The notes beneath the pieces were generated by a model that did not search any database, was not told the origin of the DNA, and saw nothing but the letters and a program-made list of their open reading frames with translations. Shown here piece after piece: positions 36,885-46,437 of a stretch of DNA of 64,000 nucleotides. Each line of letters starts with the position of its first letter. The first letter of the stretch is position 1. Made by a program: the position numbers and the translations under genes. The DNA is from Escherichia phage SP27, in the sequence record LC494302.1; one strand, 5' to 3'.

Positions 36885-37149
36885 AGTACTTATTGCTGAA
36901 ACAATGAAGATGATTTACAATATCACGTCAGCACAGAATATGCCCTATCCAACTAAGTCTTTATTGAGGACTGTGTATCTGGGGATAGTACAGGAGTACT
37001 ACAAATCCAAGCACCGAAGCATTATTAGTGTTTATCGTGATTATGAAAGGATTCGTATTTTATTCTGGAACAAGAATCGAGTACGTTCTGAATGTGACCT
37101 AGTGGACTTTAAATTAGAGAATCTTTATTGCTATAAACAGGGACAATAG
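36871..37149 (+). CDS. hypothetical protein
   Basis: ATG 36871 after AAGGA. Confidence 0.55.
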   Translation: MRTNEVLIAETMKMIYNITSAQNMPYPTKSLLRTVYLGIVQEYYKSKHRSIISVYRDYERIRILFWNKNRVRSECDLVDFKLENLYCYKQGQ

Positions 37150-37207
37150 TTTAATTCATGATATAATAATGGGTAAGGAACAATAATTAACACAAGGAGT
37201 GTGTGAA

Positions 37208-37936
37208 ATGCTTGACCGTATCCGTTTCGCTACAGAGATGGCGAATGAATTAAACATGGCAAATTTCCAAATGTTAACATCAGTAATGGCTGAACATGCA
37301 TGTGCTTATTCTGTAAGTGGTGTGCAGTGTGGTCAGGAGAATATGTTAGCAGATGTTTATAGTGAAGTGCAAAGTAAGCAATATAGTGTAAAGACATATA
37401 AGGATAAGTTTGTTAGTCTTTATATGAACGAAGATATTGCCGAAGACCGTAAATTCACTGATTTTATTATTGAACGCCGAGTATCAGGTGTATCTAATCC
37501 TAATGCATCAAGCGAGGAAGTTTTTGCAGAAGTACTGAAAGATATATACGAAAATGAATTAAAAAGTAAGAATCATTACAATGTACGTGAAACTAACACA
37601 GTGCTCTTGGGATATGATGAAGACGAAGAATACTATTATTTTCGTATGACTGAAGTTCCTTTTGAATATAAATCACCAAGTACTACTGCTGTAAAAGAAT
37701 TTACCGAGAAAAGCAAGAACTACAAGAAACATGAAGGCAACCGTTGTAGTATAAATGGTTATAATGAAGATGGTGTTCATATATATGAATGGGTACATCC
37801 TAATTGCCAGACATACACCCGTTGCTTAAAGAAACGTTATAATTTAGAAGATAATGAATCCTTCTACTTTAAAGTTAAGAAACAAAGTTATACTCGTCCT
37901 GAAGATTCAGAATTGATGGGTATGGTATATTTCTAA
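37208..37936 (+). CDS. hypothetical protein
   Basis: ATG 37208 after AAGGAG; 242 aa. Confidence 0.6.
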   Translation: MLDRIRFATEMANELNMANFQMLTSVMAEHACAYSVSGVQCGQENMLADVYSEVQSKQYSVKTYKDKFVSLYMNEDIAEDRKFTDFIIERRVSGVSNPNASSEEVFAEVLKDIYENELKSKNHYNVRETNTVLLGYDEDEEYYYFRMTEVPFEYKSPSTTAVKEFTEKSKNYKKHEGNRCSINGYNEDGVHIYEWVHPNCQTYTRCLKKRYNLEDNESFYFKVKKQSYTRPEDSELMGMVYF

Positions 37937-37945
37937 GGAACTGTT

Positions 37946-38230
37946 ATGGATTTTAACTCACATGCTTGGACATTCGAACAGTATATTTCTTTGTATAATG
38001 AAATATACAATACTGATATGTCATACTGCAATTATTTTAGCAATATGATTGATGAATATTCAAAGGAATTTAATAGTTTATACCTTTATGTGAATAAAGA
38101 AGTTACACATAAGACTATGAATAAAACAGGTACAATTGATGAAATTTCATTTGATACCCGTGGTGTGTATTTCTATATTACATTTTCTGATGATACTCTC
38201 GGTATATACACTTGTAGTGAGTTAAAATAA
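37946..38230 (+). CDS. hypothetical protein
   Basis: 94-aa ORF followed by terminator. Confidence 0.6.
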   Translation: MDFNSHAWTFEQYISLYNEIYNTDMSYCNYFSNMIDEYSKEFNSLYLYVNKEVTHKTMNKTGTIDEISFDTRGVYFYITFSDDTLGIYTCSELK

Positions 38231-38237
38231 AAATATA

Positions 38238-38261
38238 GGCCAGCGTTTGCTGGTCTTTTTT
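38238..38261 (+). terminator. intrinsic terminator
   Basis: stem GGCCAGC/GCTGGTC, loop GTTT, T6. Confidence 0.7.
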
Positions 38262-38274
38262 CGCAGGTACAAAG

Positions 38275-38577
38275 ATGCTCAGTATAGATTTAATTAACAG
38301 TACTATCAAAATGTTGGCTGATTTGGTGAGACAATCCAATGGAACTTTATATCCATCAATGTATAAAATGTTTGACCGATACATCAAGGATTGTAACATA
38401 TCATTATATGGACTTGCTGTTGATATAGACGATTACTATGGAATTAATACTTCATATAAAACAGGAATTTTAATTGGTATTAATATAAAGATGGGGTATT
38501 TCCCTTATTACTGTATAGGATTACCAGATAATACTTTGGTAGAATATCCAGCCAGTACTATTAAATTAAGAGGATAA
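38275..38577 (+). CDS. hypothetical protein
   Basis: 100-aa ORF. Confidence 0.55.
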   Translation: MLSIDLINSTIKMLADLVRQSNGTLYPSMYKMFDRYIKDCNISLYGLAVDIDDYYGINTSYKTGILIGINIKMGYFPYYCIGLPDNTLVEYPASTIKLRG

Positions 38578-38584
38578 AACTAAA

Positions 38585-39163
38585 ATGAATGTATTAGAAT
38601 TAAGTACTAAGCTGATTAGTATGCGTAATGAGTGGTACGATTGGTTTTATAATGGTACTGATATGGATTTTTCAAAATATCCATTTATGGAATCAGGATG
38701 TGATGCAAGATACCGCTGGTTGAGCAAAGATTGTTCTGGTTTACATATTCTAGTTGACGATAGTGGTCAGGGAATTATAAAAGATTTACTTCAAGTTGAA
38801 CAACTCGTCCATGATAATTGGTGTGATAACGATCCATACCTTGGAAATATGATTTATGTAAGTGAAGATGATTGCATATTCGTTATCCAGCGTCATGGTA
38901 ATTCTATGTTTTATGTAGCAGACAGCAGTACACCAGAAGGTGCAGCAGCCGATGGACTTATGCCTAAGATTGATATATTGGAATTTGGATTACCTGAGCA
39001 CTTCCAGATTAGTACTTTATACGATATTCCACCACTTGAGTTCTTTGAAGAATTTAAATTGTACTACAATGATCTTCAAAAATTGAGTACTGATCGACGC
39101 ATTGAAATAACTGTTAAGTACATGGACGGAACGAAATTAACTGATACGGGGATAGAATTTTGA
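38585..39163 (+). CDS. hypothetical protein with FQxS-like motif
   Basis: motif LPEHFQISTLYD. Confidence 0.6.
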   Translation: MNVLELSTKLISMRNEWYDWFYNGTDMDFSKYPFMESGCDARYRWLSKDCSGLHILVDDSGQGIIKDLLQVEQLVHDNWCDNDPYLGNMIYVSEDDCIFVIQRHGNSMFYVADSSTPEGAAADGLMPKIDILEFGLPEHFQISTLYDIPPLEFFEEFKLYYNDLQKLSTDRRIEITVKYMDGTKLTDTGIEF

Positions 39164-39849
39164 TTAAAGATTTAGATAGAATTTTATATGTACTAAGGGG
39201 TGTAATTACATTACATCCACAAATCAATCGAATTGAAAGTACATTTCAGTTGGAGTCAAGAGAAACTCCATATTCACATATATCAAATGTAGTTGGTTCA
39301 CTCAGTACTGAAGACTCGTCTTACGATATTTGTGTATGTGAAGTACAACCAAGTTCGGATCTTGGATTTGCTATTTTTGATAAAAATCAAAATCTCATTA
39401 GTATGTTTCAGTGCAATAATCCTTTTTGGAAAACATGCCTGTATCCAGAGTGGGCTATGCTTGATCCAACCAAGAGTACCATTAAAGTTTATGACTCTAA
39501 AAATGATGAAGTCGTTATTGATTTAGATGAGTCAATGTCAGAGGAAGAACACTTTCAGCTAATGATGATGCGTGCTATGCCTGAATACAATGCAATGATT
39601 AACACTGTGCAATACATTAAGGATACCATGCCAGCGTTGCGTACACATGAGTTTTGTCATCCGGTATTGTATGAACATCTAGATTTAGACTTCAGTACTA
39701 TTCAATTTAAAGATAGTGTTAAAAAATATATTCAAGAGAATGTTAAATTTGATTTTATTAGTACTATGAACAATAATCCAAAAACTAATTTTAGGCATCA
39801 GTACAATGAATCTTTGTCTAATGGACGTGATACCAGTTGGTGGAAATAA
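39160..39849 (+). CDS. hypothetical protein with FQ-type motif
   Basis: motif MSEEEHFQLMMM; ATGA overlap. Confidence 0.6.
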   Translation: MIKDLDRILYVLRGVITLHPQINRIESTFQLESRETPYSHISNVVGSLSTEDSSYDICVCEVQPSSDLGFAIFDKNQNLISMFQCNNPFWKTCLYPEWAMLDPTKSTIKVYDSKNDEVVIDLDESMSEEEHFQLMMMRAMPEYNAMINTVQYIKDTMPALRTHEFCHPVLYEHLDLDFSTIQFKDSVKKYIQENVKFDFISTMNNNPKTNFRHQYNESLSNGRDTSWWK

Positions 39850-39850
39850 T

Positions 39851-40114
39851 ATGAATATTCAAGATAGATTACAATTACTGTACACACTTGAACAGGCTGC
39901 TTATGATCTTGTTCGAAAAATCTCAGATGAACTACCTAAAGGAACTAAAGTTCGTGTACGTGAGATGAATTATTTTTCTGGAGTAATTGAAGAACAAGTA
40001 CTAACAGTGAATAAAGTAACATACTATGAATCTGAGTTGTCTATTCAGTGTGAATCTGATGATGGATTAATATCATATTATGGAACTGATGTAGATATAG
40101 AGGTAATAAAATGA
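39851..40114 (+). CDS. hypothetical small protein
   Basis: ATG 39851 one nt after upstream stop. Confidence 0.55.
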   Translation: MNIQDRLQLLYTLEQAAYDLVRKISDELPKGTKVRVREMNYFSGVIEEQVLTVNKVTYYESELSIQCESDDGLISYYGTDVDIEVIK

Positions 40115-41253
40115 CCCTTTTGCAAATATATGAAGATTTAATGCACTTATGTAATACAAACGATGCATTCTTTTATGTGGATCATAAAAGTCCTGCTGGT
40201 GGCACGTATCGTGTATTCAGTTATCGTCTAGCATCATACACTGATTTCATGCAACCAAATGCGTTGGAAACCCGTGGCTCTATGTGGGAAATTGATGAAG
40301 AAGGTGACATGATACGTTGTGCAGCACGTACAATGAAAAAGTTCTTCAATGCTTACGAGAATCCTGCTACAATGTTCCCTGCTAACACCACATGCGATGA
40401 CATTGCGGTAGTGATGCCTAAGTTGGATGGCTCGATCATCAGTACTTATCGTGATAATGATGGTGAGATTCGTTGTAAATCACATACTGCATTGTATTCT
40501 GACCATGCGATTAACAGCACTCGACTTATTAACGAGAACCAGAATTTGTATCAGTACATCGACGAAGCGGAACGTTTAGGTTACACAGTTAATATGGAGT
40601 ATACAAGCCCAGAGTACCGAATTGTATTACCATATCAGGTAGAACAACTGTTTGTACTGAACGTTCGTCATCGTGTGAGTGGTGAGTTGCTTTGTGGTAA
40701 AGCACTACGTGATAAGTTTCCATGTCTTGCACAGTACAGTACTAATATGACTGGAAAAGATATTCATCACACTTTTCCGGTACGAAATACCTTCCGTGAA
40801 AGCGTGGAGGAAGTTCATAAAATGCTTGATATTGAGGGTTTTGTGTGCATCCTAAATAATGGGACAATGTGTAAAATAAAGACTGACTGGTACAGTTCAT
40901 TACATCTTACAAAAGATAGTATTATTATTGATTCTCATTTATATGAAGCAGTATTAAATGGTTCAAGTGATGATTTAAAACAATTGTTCAGTACTGATGA
41001 ATATGCTATGCAAAAGATATTAAGAATGGAACAATTGGTATTTTCGTGCTATAATGCATTACAAGATGAAGTAGAAAGCTTCGTCAAGGAACACAAGCAC
41101 TTGGAGCGAAAGGAATTCGCAATGAAGGTTCAGGAGTGTTTAACTAATGAACTGAATCGTCAGGGCTTGGCCTTTGCAATGTATAACAATAAGAAAGTTG
41201 ATTACAAAGAGACTCTTATAAAATACATGAAAATTGTACTAAAGGATTTTTAG
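40111..41253 (+). CDS. rnlA: RNA ligase 1 (T4 Rnl1-like)
   Basis: near-collinear with T4 Rnl1 as recalled: FFYVDHKS..GTYRVFSY, KLDGS ligase motif I, IKTDWY. Confidence 0.9.
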   Translation: MTLLQIYEDLMHLCNTNDAFFYVDHKSPAGGTYRVFSYRLASYTDFMQPNALETRGSMWEIDEEGDMIRCAARTMKKFFNAYENPATMFPANTTCDDIAVVMPKLDGSIISTYRDNDGEIRCKSHTALYSDHAINSTRLINENQNLYQYIDEAERLGYTVNMEYTSPEYRIVLPYQVEQLFVLNVRHRVSGELLCGKALRDKFPCLAQYSTNMTGKDIHHTFPVRNTFRESVEEVHKMLDIEGFVCILNNGTMCKIKTDWYSSLHLTKDSIIIDSHLYEAVLNGSSDDLKQLFSTDEYAMQKILRMEQLVFSCYNALQDEVESFVKEHKHLERKEFAMKVQECLTNELNRQGLAFAMYNNKKVDYKETLIKYMKIVLKDF

Positions 41254-41283
41254 TACTATCTAGCCTAAGCACAAGGAGAAGTG

Positions 41284-41538
41284 ATGGCTAAACCTAAGTA
41301 TAAAAATGACGGTTCCCTTTCTCCGACTGAGTTCAGGAAAATACAAGAAGAAATCGATGAATTACAGCACAAACGCTCAATGAAAGGTGTGAAGATAAGT
41401 AAGAAACGAATCGAGAATACCTTCGGATGTAGTAGTACTGAATACAAGAAGAAAAGGAAACCAAAAGGTGTTAAGCCGAGAATACATGATGTAACTCGCT
41501 ATACATCGAAACGTGAAAATAAATTTGATCCACTATAA
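41284..41538 (+). CDS. small basic protein
   Basis: ATG 41284 after AAGGAGAA; Lys/Arg-rich. Confidence 0.55.
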   Translation: MAKPKYKNDGSLSPTEFRKIQEEIDELQHKRSMKGVKISKKRIENTFGCSSTEYKKKRKPKGVKPRIHDVTRYTSKRENKFDPL

Positions 41539-41547
41539 GGAGTTCAT

Positions 41548-41784
41548 ATGAAAGTTGAAGTTCAGCATAGTATTGTTCAGGATATGTCAGTAGTTAAATT
41601 TCTTTCTCTGAAAGATTACTTCAGATGTATCAAGTTCCTAGAAGAATCTCAATTACAGTGGACCCCATTAAAGTACAGTTCATCCAATGATACTGCTAGT
41701 ATTCGTTGTGATGAATCTGTACTTGTGAAAATCTCCAAGCGATTTGGAGTTGGGAAATATAATGATAAACAATGCACAAAGTAA
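41548..41784 (+). CDS. hypothetical small protein
   Basis: 78-aa ORF. Confidence 0.55.
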   Translation: MKVEVQHSIVQDMSVVKFLSLKDYFRCIKFLEESQLQWTPLKYSSSNDTASIRCDESVLVKISKRFGVGKYNDKQCTK

Positions 41785-42073
41785 TTTACTATATATAAAG
41801 TCAGTAGAAGCTGAAATTAAAAATTCAGTACAAACTATCGTCGATGAAATGATTGACAAATACAAGAGCAATCTTATTGGGAAGAAAGTCAGATGTTGGG
41901 ATTACACATTCAAACACTGGTACGATTCCGAGATTGTGAAAGTTGATGTGAATACTGATAGTAATGGTCTAATTAATGGTATTGCGTATATTGGTGTTTT
42001 AATACGCAAGGGAACACCACAGGAATGGCTAACTTATCATAATATAGAGCATGTTAAATTTTTAGAGGATTAA
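41762..42073 (+). CDS. small protein, family D (KY.G..VR motif)
   Basis: motif DKYKSNLIGKKVRCWDY. Confidence 0.55.
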   Translation: MINNAQSNLLYIKSVEAEIKNSVQTIVDEMIDKYKSNLIGKKVRCWDYTFKHWYDSEIVKVDVNTDSNGLINGIAYIGVLIRKGTPQEWLTYHNIEHVKFLED

Positions 42074-42076
42074 AGG

Positions 42077-43009
42077 ATGCCAACTATCACACTAACAGTT
42101 GGATTGCCTGGGTGTGGTAAAACTACATGGGCAGTGCAAGAGATTAAAAACGCCAAATCCAAGACTATCAACATCAACCGTGATGATATTCGTGAATCTA
42201 TGGCTGGGTCACATGATGCTTACAAATTCAACGATGCTAATGAGCAGTACGTAACTAATTTACAGTTCAGTGCAGCAAATTCAGCAGCAGAGAATGGTTG
42301 GAACATCATCATATCCGATACGAACCTTAAACAACATTTCCGTAATCTATGGAAAGTATGGGCTAAAGATAATGGCTATGATTACAAAGAAAAGAACTTC
42401 TATGATGATTTTGTACCTAATGAAGACCGTGGTGCAGATGTTCATGAATTCTTTAAGATTAAAGAGTTCGTAAAACTTTGCAAGAAATATAATCTCCAGC
42501 GTGAGCGTTCAGTACAAGATAATATCATTGACACTATGGCAGATACGTACTATTATAGTAAAGCATTGCACATTGGTTACTATGGTAATTCACGAGAAGC
42601 TGCTATTATCGTTGATATCGACGGTACTCTTGCTCATAAATGGGGTCGTAATCCTTACGATGAAAGTACTGTTCTTCAGGATACACCTGATGAAGAAGTT
42701 ATTTTGTCTATTATCGCTGAAGCAGTTTTTCATAAACGCAAGATTATCGTCATGAGTGGGCGTACTGAAGGGTGTCGTGCTGATACCGAACAGTGGCTTA
42801 AGAATTGGGGTGTTCCTTACGATGCATTGTTTATGCGAGATATCGATGATAAACGTCCTGATGATGTTGTAAAATTCGACCTGTACATGAAAAATGTGGT
42901 TGATCATTACGATGTTAAAAAGGTATATGATGACCGCGATCAAGTTGTATTCATGTGGCGTAAACTACTTGGGTTGAAAGTTTTCCAAGTGGCTGAAGGA
43001 AATTTCTAA
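42077..43009 (+). CDS. pseT: polynucleotide 5'-kinase / 3'-phosphatase
   Basis: Walker A GLPGCGKTT; phosphatase DxDGT motif VDIDGTLA; T4 Pnk-like C-terminus WQVAEGNF. Confidence 0.9.
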   Translation: MPTITLTVGLPGCGKTTWAVQEIKNAKSKTININRDDIRESMAGSHDAYKFNDANEQYVTNLQFSAANSAAENGWNIIISDTNLKQHFRNLWKVWAKDNGYDYKEKNFYDDFVPNEDRGADVHEFFKIKEFVKLCKKYNLQRERSVQDNIIDTMADTYYYSKALHIGYYGNSREAAIIVDIDGTLAHKWGRNPYDESTVLQDTPDEEVILSIIAEAVFHKRKIIVMSGRTEGCRADTEQWLKNWGVPYDALFMRDIDDKRPDDVVKFDLYMKNVVDHYDVKKVYDDRDQVVFMWRKLLGLKVFQVAEGNF

Positions 43010-43016
43010 TACAAAA

Positions 43017-43045
43017 GGGATCATATATTGGTCCCTTTTTCTTTT
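43017..43045 (+). terminator. intrinsic terminator
   Basis: stem GGGATCA/TGGTCCC, loop TATAT, T-run. Confidence 0.7.
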
Positions 43046-43076
43046 AAGGTACATTATAGTGAATGTAACAACACAG

Positions 43077-43235
43077 ATGTTATTACGAAAAGACTACTTA
43101 GAAAATATAGAACGATACTATAGATTGTCTTTGTATGAAAATAAGCATAAAAATTATAGTTTTGATAAACTACTAAATTCCAGTACTGATGATTATCTAT
43201 TTTCATCAATGTTTTATGTGAGAGGTTTATTATAA
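43077..43235 (+). CDS. possible small protein (52 aa)
   Basis: ORF below cutoff; stop overlaps next start (TAATG); no clear RBS. Confidence 0.3.
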   Translation: MLLRKDYLENIERYYRLSLYENKHKNYSFDKLLNSSTDDYLFSSMFYVRGLL

Positions 43236-43495
43236 TGGATAAATTTCACACAGATATAACACAGATAGGTAATCTTATCAATAGTCTAATTACTGATTTA
43301 GAAGAAAAGTACTTAGGTCGAAATGTATACGTAGAAATGTATGAAACATATGGTGTTATTGATATGATTTATTACAGTGCATTGAAGTGTGAAATACGTT
43401 TAACAATATGTTTGTTTGAAAAAAATACATTCAACAGAAGTACTGCAATTCGCCAAGTTGGAGTTGATGATATAGAATTATACGAGGAACAATAA
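43235..43495 (+). CDS. small protein, family D
   Basis: motif DLEEKYLGRNVYVEMY. Confidence 0.6.
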   Translation: MDKFHTDITQIGNLINSLITDLEEKYLGRNVYVEMYETYGVIDMIYYSALKCEIRLTICLFEKNTFNRSTAIRQVGVDDIELYEEQ

Positions 43496-43746
43496 TGTTT
43501 GAGCAGGACTTAGAGATATTCAAAAGTCATATTGATTACTTGACTATATTAGAAAATGATTTAACTACAAAGTACAAAGGCATTCGTGTTCTGTGCTGGT
43601 ATGATGATTGGGATTATAAACGTGAACTCACGATTGATCGAATTTATTTCAGTGACGGTGTACTAAATGTACATGGTGTAAATGATTTTGGTCATTCATA
43701 TACATATTCTAATAATGCTAAATTTAAAAGGATCTACAATGAATGA
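43495..43746 (+). CDS. small protein, family D
   Basis: motif DLTTKYKGIRVLCWYD. Confidence 0.6.
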   Translation: MFEQDLEIFKSHIDYLTILENDLTTKYKGIRVLCWYDDWDYKRELTIDRIYFSDGVLNVHGVNDFGHSYTYSNNAKFKRIYNE

Positions 43747-44041
43747 ATATTATCATAATTTATTCGATTACATAAAACTAATAGATGATCTTTCTTTTGA
43801 ATTTCTCAGTACTGAAAAAGTTCTTGAACCTCTCTATTATGATTGTATTAGTTCACTATGTTTAGATGAAAAAGAGATATTAGCAAACAACTTACCATCC
43901 ACGGTCTGTACAATCAATGGTTCCAAGGCATTAGTGTGCGAGGTTAATTTTCATAAATCACTTAATACAATTGTTTACAAGTTCGATAACACTTGGGTAA
44001 ATCATGTAACCAGTAATATTAAATCTGTGAGATTTTTATGA
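43736..44041 (+). CDS. hypothetical protein
   Basis: ATG 43736 overlapping upstream stop. Confidence 0.55.
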   Translation, partial: TMNEYYHNLFDYIKLIDDLSFEFLSTEKVLEPLYYDCISSLCLDEKEILANNLPSTVCTINGSKALVCEVNFHKSLNTIVYKFDNTWVNHVTSNIKSVRFL

Positions 44042-44334
44042 ATATAAAAAAATTATTTGAACAAGTAAATTTATTGTACTGGTGTTCAGACGGGTCAGAT
44101 AAAGAAAATAGTGAAGCTTTTTTAGAATTATTCAGAAATGAAATACACATAATTAGAAGATACTTAATTGATAATAAAACTGAAGTAAAAGTTAGATACC
44201 ATAATGGTACTTTAAAGAATGGTATAATTATTGGATTGATAGTTACACGAATGTCTAGTAATATTAAAGTTGCAGTAAGATTAATGACTGATGATGGTGT
44301 CTACACAATAGAAGCTAGTGAGATTATATATTAA
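44038..44334 (+). CDS. hypothetical protein
   Basis: 98-aa ORF, ATGA overlap. Confidence 0.55.
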   Translation: MNIKKLFEQVNLLYWCSDGSDKENSEAFLELFRNEIHIIRRYLIDNKTEVKVRYHNGTLKNGIIIGLIVTRMSSNIKVAVRLMTDDGVYTIEASEIIY

Positions 44335-44640
44335 ATGGATATACAAACATTCAATAAACTTAAGTACTATGATGATGGTTTTGCATTAATAATTAACGAA
44401 CTTGATGGAATACCATACGAATATCATAATCAAGTAATGAAGATAATAAAATGTATATGTGAAGAATTAAAAAGTATATTTAAAAATGAATATGTTTATG
44501 ATTTAGGTAATAATAGCAAAAAACTATACATAAAGAAATTCTGGGGAACGCATTGCGGTTTGATGGTCGATTTAGGTTTAAGTTTAGACGATAATTCTGA
44601 ATCATGTTCATTATATATAGATGAAATGCGAATATCATGA
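44335..44640 (+). CDS. hypothetical protein
   Basis: 101-aa ORF abutting upstream stop. Confidence 0.55.
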   Translation: MDIQTFNKLKYYDDGFALIINELDGIPYEYHNQVMKIIKCICEELKSIFKNEYVYDLGNNSKKLYIKKFWGTHCGLMVDLGLSLDDNSESCSLYIDEMRIS

Positions 44641-44655
44641 GACGTATCAGAATTC

Positions 44656-44680
44656 GGTGATATAATTTGATTACATCACC
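44656..44680 (+). promoter_or_regulatory. extended -10 promoter inside a short inverted repeat
   Basis: TG-n-TATAAT (44658-44666); arms GGTGAT/ATCACC; RBS GGGAGA before GTG 44698. Confidence 0.4.
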
Positions 44681-44697
44681 AATAGGGAGAAGTTGAA

Positions 44698-45024
44698 GTG
44701 AATGGTTCGTTTTTAACAATATTAGAAAAGACAACCGAGATGCTTTCTAGCTCGTTAATGCAGATTTTCAGTACTAATAATTTATACAATACCAAGGTGT
44801 TAGATTCAATTAATAATAACTATGTGGTAAGTATATCTGATGAAATATGTCCATTTAACGCGTATTCAATTTATAGTGTAGAAGAGTTTCATATATCCGA
44901 GATTCGATGTGGTTTTGGTGCTTGGTTAGTTCTAAATGAACGTTCAGGGTTGTCTTTATACATCGAAGAAGTTAGTAAATTTATATACAAAGGAGTAGAA
45001 TATGTTAACCCCAATTATTCTTAG
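44698..45024 (+). CDS. hypothetical protein (GTG start)
   Basis: 108-aa ORF after RBS AGGGAGA. Confidence 0.5.
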   Translation: MNGSFLTILEKTTEMLSSSLMQIFSTNNLYNTKVLDSINNNYVVSISDEICPFNAYSIYSVEEFHISEIRCGFGAWLVLNERSGLSLYIEEVSKFIYKGVEYVNPNYS

Positions 45025-45631
45025 CAGTGCATATGTAATCGGTATTATTATTTCTGGTATGCTTGCATATAACTATAACAGAAGTGTTCTAGGTTATGTA
45101 GTACTTGGTACAGTACTAAGTCCAGTGATTGCCATTGGTCTTCTTGTTATGCTAGGTGAGAAAAATACAAGCTTCTTTATTACTAAAGAACTTGATAAAA
45201 TCACTCCAGCACCAGAAACAGTTATTCCAGAAGTTAAAGAAGAAGTTAAAGAAGTTGAAGTTCAAATGCAAGTTAAAGTGTATAATACACTTGAAGAAAC
45301 TGATCCTAAAGTTGTAGTGAATGTAGTTCCAGTAGTTGAAGATGTGAAACCAAAAGCTCCTAAAGTACAGAAAAATACTAAAACTGCAAAGAAAGCTCGT
45401 TACACTAAAGGTAAGAACAAAGGTAAATCTAAGGATGAACCACAACTAGGTGTTCATGACCATACTGCACAAATTGCAACGGCAGCGACCGCAGCAGCAA
45501 TCGTAACATCACCAATCTACAACAATGATGATTACAGTGATTATAGCCGTCACAGCAGTTCTTCCTCTGATTCTTGTTCCTATGATAGCTCTAGTTCTGA
45601 TTCAAGTTCATCGTCTGGAAGTTGTGATTAA
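45002..45631 (+). CDS. membrane protein with low-complexity Lys/Val/Glu and Ser-rich tail
   Basis: two N-terminal hydrophobic segments; PEVKEEVKEVEV repeats; C-terminus SSSSSDSCSYDSSSSDSSSSSGSCD. Confidence 0.6.
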   Translation: MLTPIILSSAYVIGIIISGMLAYNYNRSVLGYVVLGTVLSPVIAIGLLVMLGEKNTSFFITKELDKITPAPETVIPEVKEEVKEVEVQMQVKVYNTLEETDPKVVVNVVPVVEDVKPKAPKVQKNTKTAKKARYTKGKNKGKSKDEPQLGVHDHTAQIATAATAAAIVTSPIYNNDDYSDYSRHSSSSSDSCSYDSSSSDSSSSSGSCD

Positions 45632-45966
45632 TGTCAATGAAACCACTAATTCAACATAATATTTTTTATAGGTCATTATTCAAAATTCAAGATGATTTTT
45701 ATCAGACGTTGAGTAATGATCTTATAGGTAAAACTGTACGATATTCGGAACAATACATCAAACGTATGACAAGTCAGTATATTGACCCTGAATACGAATA
45801 CGAATACGACATTGAACACATTAATCCCAATACTAGAATGAAAATCATTGAGATATTTAAGAATGGGAGAACTATAGGTGCTGAAATTGAGTACTTGAAT
45901 TGTGATTGTTACATAGATACAGAGTTGAGTTTGGATTATCTTGTTTTAGTGGATGATGAGGAATAA
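45631..45966 (+). CDS. small protein, family D
   Basis: motif LSNDLIGKTVRYSEQ. Confidence 0.55.
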   Translation: MSMKPLIQHNIFYRSLFKIQDDFYQTLSNDLIGKTVRYSEQYIKRMTSQYIDPEYEYEYDIEHINPNTRMKIIEIFKNGRTIGAEIEYLNCDCYIDTELSLDYLVLVDDEE

Positions 45967-45968
45967 TT

Positions 45969-46184
45969 ATGATAACATTTTTTGCAATATATGGATTTGT
46001 AGCATTTGTTACATTTATAACCAACTTTCTAGTACTCAATTGGGGTTGTTTTAAAGATGAAATCATGATTATCATGAATCTCCAAACAGCAGCACTGATG
46101 GCTATTATTTGGCCTATAACGTTAGTATATATTTTTATTTCACTTACCCAAGATATTATTAACAAATATAAGAGAAAGAAATAA
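45969..46184 (+). CDS. small membrane protein
   Basis: 71 aa with two hydrophobic helices. Confidence 0.55.
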   Translation: MITFFAIYGFVAFVTFITNFLVLNWGCFKDEIMIIMNLQTAALMAIIWPITLVYIFISLTQDIINKYKRKK

Positions 46185-46435
46185 TGTTCAACACTGACTT
46201 ATCACATTTGCGATATCTTATGTCTTTGGCTGATGATTTTATAAATGATCTGAAGCCAAAATATATTGGTCAAGAAGTACGATTAATAAACTCCAGAGGG
46301 TATGGAAAGTATATTATTACTGATATGTATATTAGTGGTGGTGAATGGCGTTTTAAAATTAATACTTATCTTAAAGATGGTTCTTTTGCTGGAACACAAG
46401 TTACTAAACACACTAATATTATATGGTTGGAGTAA
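46184..46435 (+). CDS. small protein, family D
   Basis: motif DLKPKYIGQEVRLINS. Confidence 0.6.
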   Translation: MFNTDLSHLRYLMSLADDFINDLKPKYIGQEVRLINSRGYGKYIITDMYISGGEWRFKINTYLKDGSFAGTQVTKHTNIIWLE

Positions 46436-46437
46436 TA

